A stretch of 64,000 bases of DNA, from assembly GCA_027019325.1 (NCBI GenBank), contig JALUWT010000018.1:1296-65295 (forward strand). The letters are read 5' to 3'. The translations under genes and the position numbers were made by a program. Below the pieces are notes generated by a model. It had not been told where the DNA came from. It did not search any database and saw only the letters and a list, made by a program, of their open reading frames with translations. Positions 1-8,610 of this stretch are shown in pieces (positions within the stretch are counted from its first letter, which is position 1; every line of letters starts with the position of its first letter). The DNA is from Sulfurimonas sp. Its GTDB lineage: Bacteria > Campylobacterota > Campylobacteria > Campylobacterales > Sulfurimonadaceae.

Positions 1-96
1 TGAGACGATTTGGAAAGAAGAGATAGAACTTTTATATTCTTTTGAGAATAAATAGTGTAGTATCGTTATCAGAAAATGAATAGGGGAAATGAAATC

Positions 97-1314
97 ATGA
101 AAAAAATAGCACTACTGTCACTTGTGGCAAGTTCGGTTTTAATGGCAGGCGGATGGAAAATTCCAGAGACTTCTACAAATGCGGTGGCACTCGGTGCAGC
201 AAATATTGCACATAATCATGAAAATGCAGATGCAGCGTACTATAATCCTGCAAAAATGGTTTTTATGCAAGATAAAAATAATCTTGAAGTGGATTTAACG
301 TATATTGGGCTTGATCAGATAAATTATAAAGGAAATGTAGGTACTGCAACAAACCAAAATCTGCATTCAGAAAAAGAGAATTTTTTAATACCTAGTTTGC
401 ATTATGTTTCTTCTGCTTTAGGAGATAATGATGCACGAGTGGGTGTAAGTATTGTAGCACCTGCTGGACTTTCAAAACAATGGAAAAGTCAGCCTGCAAA
501 AAGTTCAGCGGAAGAATTTACTTTAGAAGTATATGAAGTAAATCCTACTGCTGCATTTAAAATCAATGACCAAATAGGTTTTGCAGTTGGTTTCAGAATA
601 GTAAAAACACATGGTATTGTAAAAAGTTCAGGACTAGTGTCTCGTGATATGACAGGAGATACAACAGACTTTGGTTATAATTTAGCATTAGCCTATAATC
701 CAACGAAAAATTTAGAAATTGGTTTAACATATCGTTCTAAAGTTGATTTACATGTTGAAGGAAACGCAAAATTATATTCGGGGGCTACTTTAGCTTATGA
801 TGGTCCAGCAAATGTAACTGTTCCACTTCCTGCATCATTGGATATAGCAGCAGCATATACCTTTTCTTCTAAAACAACTATAGAGTTAGTATATGAAAAG
901 ACATTCTGGTCCGTATATAAAAATTTAGATTTCAATTATGCAACTAGTATTGGAGGTTTAGCACCATATTTTGATAATCCACGGCCAAAAAATTGGAAAG
1001 ATACAAACACATTTCGTTTAGGTCTCACGCAAGAGCTAAATGATTTAACACTCATGGCTGGTTATGTTTATGACGAAACGCCAATACCATCAAAAACAAT
1101 TGGTTTTGAATTGCCAGGTACAGATACGCAGGCAGTTTCACTTGGTGGACGTTATAAAATCAATGAGAGTGTAGATGTAGGTCTCGCTGCAATTTATTCT
1201 ATGCATAACAATAGAACAGTCACTGCAGCAGATGCAAATGTTAATGGTCTTGTAGGTGAGTTTACAGGGGGCGATGTTCTCATTGTTTCTGCCGGACTCG
1301 GGTATAAATTTTAA
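97..1314 (+). CDS. OmpP1/FadL-family outer-membrane long-chain fatty acid/hydrophobic compound transporter
   Basis: Signal peptide MKKIALLSLVASSVLMA; FadL hatch motif 'ADAAYYNPA'; amphipathic beta strands; C-terminal YKF. ATG at 97 is preferred over 76 because it begins the signal peptide. Confidence 0.88.
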   Translation: MKKIALLSLVASSVLMAGGWKIPETSTNAVALGAANIAHNHENADAAYYNPAKMVFMQDKNNLEVDLTYIGLDQINYKGNVGTATNQNLHSEKENFLIPSLHYVSSALGDNDARVGVSIVAPAGLSKQWKSQPAKSSAEEFTLEVYEVNPTAAFKINDQIGFAVGFRIVKTHGIVKSSGLVSRDMTGDTTDFGYNLALAYNPTKNLEIGLTYRSKVDLHVEGNAKLYSGATLAYDGPANVTVPLPASLDIAAAYTFSSKTTIELVYEKTFWSVYKNLDFNYATSIGGLAPYFDNPRPKNWKDTNTFRLGLTQELNDLTLMAGYVYDETPIPSKTIGFELPGTDTQAVSLGGRYKINESVDVGLAAIYSMHNNRTVTAADANVNGLVGEFTGGDVLIVSAGLGYKF

Positions 1315-1322
1315 GGAAACAG

Positions 1323-3059
1323 TTGAAGACATTAATTAATTTTTTAAAGACAAAAGATGTAGAAAAGTCAGATATTTTTATACATCTTAAAACAAGTGTA
1401 ACAGAGGCAAATATACTCCGCTATATCGCAAAAAAATATGTTGAAGGGCAAGATGATGCTCTTGTCATAACACTTTTACAAGATTTGTATGCGGGTGGAG
1501 AGTATAAACATTTAGACCATCTTTTAGAAGTGAAAAATCTTCTTGAACTAGGTTGGCTGCATCAACAAAGTTTTACACCGCTTAAAATTTCTGATGTAAC
1601 ACCTCTGGAGATTTTAAACAGTGCAGTAGGACTGACTCCATCATTTTTAAAGCTGCTTCAAGATGGAACACTTGATTTGGATCTGCCGGATGTAAAGCCG
1701 TATGCTGACCATTTGGGATACCTACAAGATCAGTTCTTTAGGATTGAGTTGTATCAAAAGATGTCCGTAATTCGTCAAAATGTTCATGAGCATTCGCTTG
1801 GAATTGACAGATTGCAAAACAAGCTCAAACTTTTAGAAAAACGCATTGAAGAGCGTGTTGCCCAAACTTCAGAAAATCTTGTTCTCGATAAATTTTTTAA
1901 ACAAAAAAAGATGAACAATTATGAGCAGGTTATTTTCATTGCGCTCTTGCGTGAAGAGTACAGCGCAACAGATGCGTCCTTGCGTGAGATGAACTCTTTA
2001 ATCGATTTAATTTCCGTTGATGAGTATGAACGTATTAAAAATCGCTCTTTGCTTGAAGAGGGTTCTCATCTGCTGAACAGTGGCATTATTGATTATGAAG
2101 AGATGCTCAATCCTTTTGGTGGTATTTCACGCTCTTTTTATATTGTCGATGATGTGCTGCAAAGCATTATACATCCACAAAAAACGAAAAAAGTGACACG
2201 CCTCAAGCTCAATGCACTTGTAGAAGAGCAGGATATCTTTGAGCTTGTAGAGAGTGAAACATCTTTAGAAGATGTCGTGCTTAACAATGCGACAAAAGAG
2301 ACCTTGGAAAACCTGATGCGTCAAGTCGATAAAGAGGTGGTAAACCGCCTTGTAAAATGGGGTATAAAAGATAAAAAAAGTGGCATTGATGCACGCATCA
2401 TTTTTTATGGAGCTGCGGGAACAGGTAAGACGATGACTGCGTATTCTCTTGCAAAATCACTTAAGCGTCAGGTTTTAGCATTTGACTGTTCTAAAATACT
2501 TTCCATGTATGTCGGAGAGAGTGAAAAGAATGTTCGTAAAATTTTCGATACTTTTTATGAACTGAGTGAAAAGACAAAGACAGAGCCCATTTTGTTACTT
2601 AATGAAGCAGATCAATTTTTGGGTGCGAGAAGTTCCGGAAACATTACGGGTTCAGATCAGATGCACAACCAGATGCAAAACATCTTTTTAGAGCAGATAG
2701 AGAACTTTCGCGGTATGCTCATCGCAACAACAAATCTACTTGAAAACATAGATAAAGCTTTCTCACGTAGATTTAATTATAAGATAGAGTTTAAAAAACC
2801 CAATGAAGCACAACGGCTTGAACTCTGGAAAAAAATGCTTCCAAAGAGTGCGCCGTACGCAGATGATTTTGATATAGCTAAGCTAGCAGCCTATGCTTTG
2901 ACAGGCGGACAGATAAATCTCATCATTAAAAATACAGCTTATAAAGTTGCGGTAAGAGAAGAACCTCTTTTCAAACTTAAAGACTTCACGGATGAAATAC
3001 GCCGAGAAAAAGATGCCAATTTCGACAGTGAAAAGTCAATGGGATTTTTAAATAAATAA
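1323..3059 (+). CDS. AAA+ family ATPase (Campylobacterota conserved type)
   Basis: Walker A GAAGTGKT, 'SMYVGESEKN', Walker B variant LLLNEAD, SRH 'TTNLLENIDKAFSRRF'; TTG start after AAGGA. Confidence 0.85.
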   Translation: MKTLINFLKTKDVEKSDIFIHLKTSVTEANILRYIAKKYVEGQDDALVITLLQDLYAGGEYKHLDHLLEVKNLLELGWLHQQSFTPLKISDVTPLEILNSAVGLTPSFLKLLQDGTLDLDLPDVKPYADHLGYLQDQFFRIELYQKMSVIRQNVHEHSLGIDRLQNKLKLLEKRIEERVAQTSENLVLDKFFKQKKMNNYEQVIFIALLREEYSATDASLREMNSLIDLISVDEYERIKNRSLLEEGSHLLNSGIIDYEEMLNPFGGISRSFYIVDDVLQSIIHPQKTKKVTRLKLNALVEEQDIFELVESETSLEDVVLNNATKETLENLMRQVDKEVVNRLVKWGIKDKKSGIDARIIFYGAAGTGKTMTAYSLAKSLKRQVLAFDCSKILSMYVGESEKNVRKIFDTFYELSEKTKTEPILLLNEADQFLGARSSGNITGSDQMHNQMQNIFLEQIENFRGMLIATTNLLENIDKAFSRRFNYKIEFKKPNEAQRLELWKKMLPKSAPYADDFDIAKLAAYALTGGQINLIIKNTAYKVAVREEPLFKLKDFTDEIRREKDANFDSEKSMGFLNK

Positions 3060-3066
3060 TTTTTTC

Positions 3067-3090
3067 AAGCTCTTTTTTATAAAAGAGCTT
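3067..3090 (+). terminator. Inverted repeat, probable intrinsic terminator after the AAA ATPase
   Basis: AAGCTCTTTT-ttat-AAAAGAGCTT, a perfect 10-bp stem 7 nt after the stop codon. Confidence 0.6.
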
Positions 3091-3155
3091 TGATGTTGCA
3101 ATAAGTGACATCTTACGCTACTTCTTCCCCATAAAACTTATTTTAATACTCTTTT

Positions 3156-3297
3156 TGATATAGTGCAATAACTGTTTTTTCTTAATGCAAAAGCACAGGC
3201 GTCTTTAACAAAGACTGTTTGTGAGCGTTAGAAGACAAATATTAAAAAGTGTCCTGTTTTCTAGAGATAGGACACTTAATTTTAAAAGGTAGGTTAT
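3156..3297 (+). promoter_or_regulatory. Putative extended -10 promoter and structured 5' leader of the nuo operon
   Basis: TGaTATAGT at 3156-3164; long hairpin 3173-3237; second hairpin AAGTGTCCT...AGGACACTT at 3247-3277; then AAGGTAGG RBS. Confidence 0.5.
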
Positions 3298-3687
3298 ATG
3301 GATCATATCAGTACTGCGAATCCGTATTTTGGGGTATTTGTACTTTTTGTTATCACCTTTGGTGCATTTATAACAACAACTGTCGTTGCTCGTTTGGCGA
3401 GTCGCGCATTAGCACGCAAAGACAGTGAAAAAATCAAACTTTCTGTTTACGAATGTGGACCAGAAATCACAAAACAGCCAAATAGATTGTCACCACAGTT
3501 TTATCTGTTCGCACTTCTGTTTTTACTCTTTGATGTTGAGATTGTGTTCATGTTTCCATGGGCAGTTGACTTCAAAGTTTTAGGTTGGTTTGGATTTGCT
3601 GAGATGATAATGTTCATTGTATTGTTAGCAATCGGTTTTGTATATGCATGGAAAAAAGGAGCGCTAGAATGGCACAACATAAGGTAA
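3298..3687 (+). CDS. nuoA: NADH-quinone oxidoreductase subunit A
   Basis: YECG, FLLFDVE and WKKGALEW motifs; three TM segments. Confidence 0.97.
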   Translation: MDHISTANPYFGVFVLFVITFGAFITTTVVARLASRALARKDSEKIKLSVYECGPEITKQPNRLSPQFYLFALLFLLFDVEIVFMFPWAVDFKVLGWFGFAEMIMFIVLLAIGFVYAWKKGALEWHNIR

Positions 3688-4178
3688 ATTATACACAAGA
3701 CGGTGGACTTCCTGTCGCACTGACTTCTATTGACAAAATAGTAAACTGGGGACGTTCAAACTCACTTTGGGCATTGACATATGGTCTCGCTTGTTGTGGT
3801 ATTGAGATGATGGCATCAGGTGCATCACGTTTTGACTTTGACCGTTATGGAACTATTTTCCGTGCTTCTCCTCGTCAAGCAGATGTTATGATTGTTGCAG
3901 GAACCCTTACAAAAAAACATGCTGAGTTCATTAAGCGTCTATACGATCAGATGACAGAGCCTCGATGGGTCATCTCAATGGGTTCTTGCGCAAATACAGG
4001 GGGAATGTTTAACACGTATGCAACTGTTCAAGGGTGTGATAGAATCATTCCTGTTGACTTGTATCTTCCAGGGTGTGCTCCTCGTCCTGAAACACTCCAG
4101 TATGGTGTGATGTTACTTCAGAAAAAGATCCGTGCAAACAAAGCCGGTAATGCACAAAAAGCTAAAAGGTTGATGTAA
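3669..4178 (+). CDS. nuoB: NADH-quinone oxidoreductase subunit B
   Basis: [31 protein letters not shown]; likely start MAQHK at 3669 after GGAG. Confidence 0.97.
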   Translation: MAQHKVNYTQDGGLPVALTSIDKIVNWGRSNSLWALTYGLACCGIEMMASGASRFDFDRYGTIFRASPRQADVMIVAGTLTKKHAEFIKRLYDQMTEPRWVISMGSCANTGGMFNTYATVQGCDRIIPVDLYLPGCAPRPETLQYGVMLLQKKIRANKAGNAQKAKRLM

Positions 4179-4984
4179 TGAGAGCGTATACACCTAAAGA
4201 CGATGTACAGGCAAAAGCTTACTATACTGACAGATACTATGTAGCACCACAAGTTCCAAAAGAAGATGTGGATTGTGATGCCGTGTTTGCAGCTGATTTA
4301 GCGGCTATTAAAGAAAAATTTGCAGTAAAAGATGCCTATATTCAAGTAGAACAGATGGTAGTGTATATCCATGCTGAAGATATTTATGGCGTTTTAGAGT
4401 TGATGAGAGATGAACTTGAATATACACAACTCTCAGAACTCTCTGCTATTGACTGGCTGGCAAAAGATAATACTTTTGAAATCTTCTACCAAATGCTTTC
4501 TATGACAAAGCGTAAGCGTGTTCGCATAAAGTATTTCATAGAAAATGGACAGGCTGTTGACTCTGTTGAGAAACTTTTCCGTTCAGCTGACTGGGCTGAG
4601 CGTGAGATGTATGATATGTTTGGAATTGAAGCAAATAATCATCCGTTTATGAAACGTATCTTGATGCCGTATGACTGGCAGGGACACCCACTTCTTAAAA
4701 CATATCCGTTAGAGGGTGATGAGTTTGCTGCGTGGTATGAAGTAGATAAAATCTATGGAAAAGAAGCACGTGACATCATTGGGCCTGAACTTCGTGATCC
4801 TGCAAGAGTGGACAGATACGACTCTGATCGTTTTGCGCGTCTTGGTTTTGAAGTGCCAAAAGGTACTGAGATTACAGGTAATGAAGAGAAACATGTTGAA
4901 TCTTACCAAGAAGAGGGTGGAGTATTCCTAATTAGAAAAGTAGATAAAGAGTCATCAAAAGTTATTGATGACCCGCAAAGATAG
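4178..4984 (+). CDS. nuoC: NADH-quinone oxidoreductase subunit C
   Basis: WAEREMYDMFGI...HP..KRILMP..W.GHPLLK motif. Confidence 0.96.
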   Translation: MRAYTPKDDVQAKAYYTDRYYVAPQVPKEDVDCDAVFAADLAAIKEKFAVKDAYIQVEQMVVYIHAEDIYGVLELMRDELEYTQLSELSAIDWLAKDNTFEIFYQMLSMTKRKRVRIKYFIENGQAVDSVEKLFRSADWAEREMYDMFGIEANNHPFMKRILMPYDWQGHPLLKTYPLEGDEFAAWYEVDKIYGKEARDIIGPELRDPARVDRYDSDRFARLGFEVPKGTEITGNEEKHVESYQEEGGVFLIRKVDKESSKVIDDPQR

Positions 4985-4996
4985 GGTGGTAAAAAT

Positions 4997-6238
4997 ATGG
5001 CACAAGTAAAAAACAGATTAACACCGTTTTTTGAAAATATTACATTTGACAGAGATGATAATGAGTTAATTCTTAACTTCGGTCCACAGCACCCTTCTGC
5101 TCACGGACAGTTAAGATTGATGCTCCATCTGCAGCAAGAGCAAATCGTAAAAGCGCATCCGGATATTGGATACCTTCACCGTGGTATGGAGAAGATGGCT
5201 GAAAACATGATTTATAACGAGTTTATGCCGACAACAGACCGTATGGACTACATCGCATCAAGCTCAAACAACTATGGTTTTGCATTGGCAGTTGAAAAGC
5301 TCATCGGGCTTGAAGTACCGCGCCGTGCGAAAGTCATTAGAATGATGCTTTTAGAAATAAACCGTCTGATGTCTCACCTATTTTGGTTGGCAACAACTGC
5401 GCTAGATATTGGTGCGATGACAGTATTTCTTTTCGCATTTCGTGAGAGAGAATATTTGATGGATATTATTGAAGGGTATTGTGGTGCACGTTTGACGCAT
5501 GCCGCAATCCGTATCGGTGGTGTTCCTTTAGATATTCAGGATAGCTTCTTACACCAATTAAGAGTTTTTTTGAACAAACTTCCTCAAAATATTAAAGATT
5601 ATGAAGATTTACTAGATTCTAATCGTATTTGGTTAATGAGAATGGAAGAGGTTGGAACTGTTTCAACTGAAATGGCACTTTCATGGGCTTGTACAGGACC
5701 AATGCTCAGAGCAAGTGGCGTTGCGTGGGATATTCGTAAAGAAGAGCCATATGAGTTGTATGATGAAGTAGAGTTTGACGTACCATTCTCTGACAAAGGT
5801 GATAACTTTGCTCGTTACCGTATTTATATGGAAGAGATGCGACAATCTGCGAGAATTCTTTACCAATGTATAGAGATGTATGAGAAGTGTGAAAAAGATG
5901 GAGAGACTGAGCTTATGGCTCACGCTCCAAAATACATTTCTGCACCAAAAATAGACATTATGACACAAAACTACTCTTTGATGCAGCACTTTGTACTTGT
6001 AACACAAGGGATGAGACCGCCAGTTGGAGAAGTATATGTTCCTACTGAGTCACCAAAAGGTGAACTTGGTTTTTACATCAACTCTCAAGGTGGACCATAT
6101 CCGTACAGACTTAAACTGCGTGCGCCGTCATTCTGGCATACAGGAATCTTAACTGACCTTTTACCAGGTCACTATATTCCGGATGTTGTATCTATTATTG
6201 GTACTACAAATATCGTATTTGGTGAGGTTGATAGATGA
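4997..6238 (+). CDS. nuoD: NADH-quinone oxidoreductase subunit D
   Basis: [26 protein letters not shown] and terminal GEVDR. Confidence 0.98.
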   Translation: MAQVKNRLTPFFENITFDRDDNELILNFGPQHPSAHGQLRLMLHLQQEQIVKAHPDIGYLHRGMEKMAENMIYNEFMPTTDRMDYIASSSNNYGFALAVEKLIGLEVPRRAKVIRMMLLEINRLMSHLFWLATTALDIGAMTVFLFAFREREYLMDIIEGYCGARLTHAAIRIGGVPLDIQDSFLHQLRVFLNKLPQNIKDYEDLLDSNRIWLMRMEEVGTVSTEMALSWACTGPMLRASGVAWDIRKEEPYELYDEVEFDVPFSDKGDNFARYRIYMEEMRQSARILYQCIEMYEKCEKDGETELMAHAPKYISAPKIDIMTQNYSLMQHFVLVTQGMRPPVGEVYVPTESPKGELGFYINSQGGPYPYRLKLRAPSFWHTGILTDLLPGHYIPDVVSIIGTTNIVFGEVDR

Positions 6239-6315
6239 TGAGCGTGAGAAAAAGCAAATTGCTTTGCTTTTTTAGCGAAGAATACGCAAGTGATGTGCGA
6301 AGCACCACTGTAGTA
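6236..6315. repeat. Two-hairpin intergenic element (REP/MITE-like) between nuoD and nuoX
   Basis: Perfect IR AAAAAGCAAA-ttgc-TTTGCTTTTT at 6249-6272, then a stem capped by GTGC-GAA-GCAC at 6295-6305. Only one copy seen in this window. Confidence 0.4.
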
Positions 6316-6336
6316 CAATTGGTTATGGAGTAAGCA

Positions 6337-6561
6337 ATGAAACGTTATGATTTAAGACATTTAAAAGATAATTTTGAACCTCGTATGAAAGAGATTTTAG
6401 AAGAGAAGCATAAGCCCAATGAGACTTTGATTTTTCTTTTTGAAATAGGTGATTTTTCTCCAATTCAGCGTTCTGCTGATTTGGTAAAAGAGTGTGGGTA
6501 TGAGTTATATAACTCACTAAAATTCAACGAAGTCGACTGGACTATCGTAGTTAAAAAATAG
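6337..6561 (+). CDS. Epsilonproteobacterial small complex I subunit (NuoX, 'NuoE family', no FeS cysteine motif)
   Basis: 74 aa with LFEIGDFSP...NSLKFNEVDWTIVVKK, matching the small ORF found in place of nuoE in Campylobacter/Helicobacter. Confidence 0.85.
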   Translation: MKRYDLRHLKDNFEPRMKEILEEKHKPNETLIFLFEIGDFSPIQRSADLVKECGYELYNSLKFNEVDWTIVVKK

Positions 6562-6564
6562 GGA

Positions 6565-8607
6565 TTGAATGTGAGTAAAGTCTATTTTTCTACTTGGAAG
6601 GGTGAATCTATAAACAATATAGGTAGACCTGAAGAAAAGTGGGAAGAATCAGCTTATAATCTACCGGCACAATATGATGACCATCGTGATTCCAAAGCCT
6701 TTATAGGCTGGGACGGTGTGGCACTTTTTAACGAAGATGTCGATGTTATCCGATTGGCCATGGAGTATGCTGCACAGTATCAAGAGTATTCAGAAGCATG
6801 TGGAAGATGTGCACCTGGACGTTGGGGCGGTCGTATTTTATATGATGTCCTTGACAAAATTGCTCGTGGTGAAGGTGAAGTCGCTGATTTGGATCACTTA
6901 AAAGAGATCGGAAAAAGTATGCAGATCACGTCTAAATGTGAGATTGGAAAAACAGTTCCAAACCCTATTTTAGACCTGATGACACACTTTGAAGATACAT
7001 TTATGGAATGTATCAATGAAAAGAAACAATCGAAGCATTATGAAGAGTCTATTGGATATATTGCCAAGATTACAGCGCCTTGTACAGATGCCTGTCCTTC
7101 TCATGTTGATATTCCAGGCTACATTGAGGGCGTAAGAGATTTGCGTTTTGATGACTCTTTGGTTGCAACACGCCAGACAATGCCATTAGCACATACGTGT
7201 GGACGTGTTTGTCCGCATCCATGTGAGGATGCATGTAGAAGAACGAATCTTGATGAGCCTATTTCGATTATGGCACTCAAACGTCTTGGTGCTGACTGGG
7301 AAACTGACCATGAGTATGACTTTTTTCATCCTATGGAGAAAAAACCGGCTATTGGTAAAAAAGTTGCAGTCATCGGTGCAGGACCTGCCGGTCTTACAAC
7401 AGCTTACTATCTTGCAGCAGAAGGTATAGAAGTAGATGTCTATGAAGAGCTTCCTGTTCTCGGTGGTGAGGTAGCGGTTGGTGTACCTGAGTACAGAATG
7501 CCGATTGACAAATACAACCAAGATATCGAATGTGTTCGTGATATGGGTGTAAACTTCATCACAAACTCAAGAATTTCTGCGGATGATATGCGTAGATTTG
7601 AGAATGAGTATGACGCAACAATGGTATCTGTAGGAACACGAATCTCTAAAAAAGTGCGCTGTGACAATGAACGTGAAGAGATTCAAGGGTACTGGGGTGC
7701 TATTGATTTCCTTGACCGTGTAAATCTTTATGAAAAGTATGACATTAAAATTCCAAAAGAGGTACAGGAAGAGAACCTTCTTACAACTGACTATGTAGAT
7801 TTAACTGGCAAAACAGTTGTCTGTGTCGGTGGTGGATTTACCTCTATGGACGTTGTACGCTGTGCGATTCGTGCGAATGCAAAAAAAGTATATATGGTCT
7901 ACAGACGTGATGAGAAGACAATTATTCGTAATACGACCTATGAAGAGTATCATGAAGCGGTTGAAGAAGGTGTTGAATTTCTTTTCCACTCAGCGGTCAA
8001 TAAAATCACAACTGACGAAAATGATGTTTTAACAGAACTTTTAGTGGATAAGTTTGAACTTGTTCCTGATCCTGATGGTGGTCGTGCACAGCTTGTAAAA
8101 ATAGAAGATGCTTCGTACACAATTGAAGCTGATTATCTTGTCCCTGCAGTTTCTCAGTCAGCAGATTTAGATTTGTTGCCTGAAGAGTGGGGAATAGAGA
8201 TGACTTCCTGGGCGACGATTAAAACAAACGGAAAAGATTATATGACCTCACGCAAGGGTATCTTTGCATCAGGGGATTGTGAATATGGTCCGATGACAAT
8301 CGTCAATGCAGTTGGTCAGGCAAAACGTGCAGCTTCAGTTATGTCGCGTTATGTGCAAAACGGTGATATCACTTTGACTGACGAAGAGATAATGGAAGAT
8401 CATCTTGTAAAACTTAAAGTGTATGATAAAAAAGAGAAAGTGACAGGATGGCTTCCAGGTCTTCCTCGTGAACACTCCTCTGTTTTAGACGCAGATGTAC
8501 GTAAGCACAATAATATGGAAGTAAACCTGGGTTTCACCCAAGAGCAGGCTTTAACAGAAGCTGAGCGATGTATGCGTTGTTATTACATTGCTATGGTACA
8601 GGCGTAG
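6565..8607 (+). CDS. FAD-dependent oxidoreductase: NuoF-type FeS domain fused to a GltD/NfnB/SfrB-type NAD(P)H flavoprotein
   Basis: EACGRCAPGR...SKCEIG (NuoF N3-like); PCTDACP and CGRVCPHPCEDAC; FAD motif GAGPAG; second Rossmann GGGFTSMD...YRR; GD motif; C-terminal EAERCMRC. Confidence 0.88.
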   Translation: MNVSKVYFSTWKGESINNIGRPEEKWEESAYNLPAQYDDHRDSKAFIGWDGVALFNEDVDVIRLAMEYAAQYQEYSEACGRCAPGRWGGRILYDVLDKIARGEGEVADLDHLKEIGKSMQITSKCEIGKTVPNPILDLMTHFEDTFMECINEKKQSKHYEESIGYIAKITAPCTDACPSHVDIPGYIEGVRDLRFDDSLVATRQTMPLAHTCGRVCPHPCEDACRRTNLDEPISIMALKRLGADWETDHEYDFFHPMEKKPAIGKKVAVIGAGPAGLTTAYYLAAEGIEVDVYEELPVLGGEVAVGVPEYRMPIDKYNQDIECVRDMGVNFITNSRISADDMRRFENEYDATMVSVGTRISKKVRCDNEREEIQGYWGAIDFLDRVNLYEKYDIKIPKEVQEENLLTTDYVDLTGKTVVCVGGGFTSMDVVRCAIRANAKKVYMVYRRDEKTIIRNTTYEEYHEAVEEGVEFLFHSAVNKITTDENDVLTELLVDKFELVPDPDGGRAQLVKIEDASYTIEADYLVPAVSQSADLDLLPEEWGIEMTSWATIKTNGKDYMTSRKGIFASGDCEYGPMTIVNAVGQAKRAASVMSRYVQNGDITLTDEEIMEDHLVKLKVYDKKEKVTGWLPGLPREHSSVLDADVRKHNNMEVNLGFTQEQALTEAERCMRCYYIAMVQA

Positions 8608-8610
8608 GAG

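Noticed and set aside
97-1314. FadL-like gene looks more AT-rich than its neighbours (possible allele exchange)
   Set aside because: Impression only; it cannot be quantified by eye and no mobility signals are present.
6235-6290. Hammerhead-ribozyme-like TGATGAG...CGAA in the nuoD-nuoX spacer
   Set aside because: The core needs CUGAUGA and GAAA; here it is AUGAUGA and GAAG, and stems I/III cannot be built convincingly.
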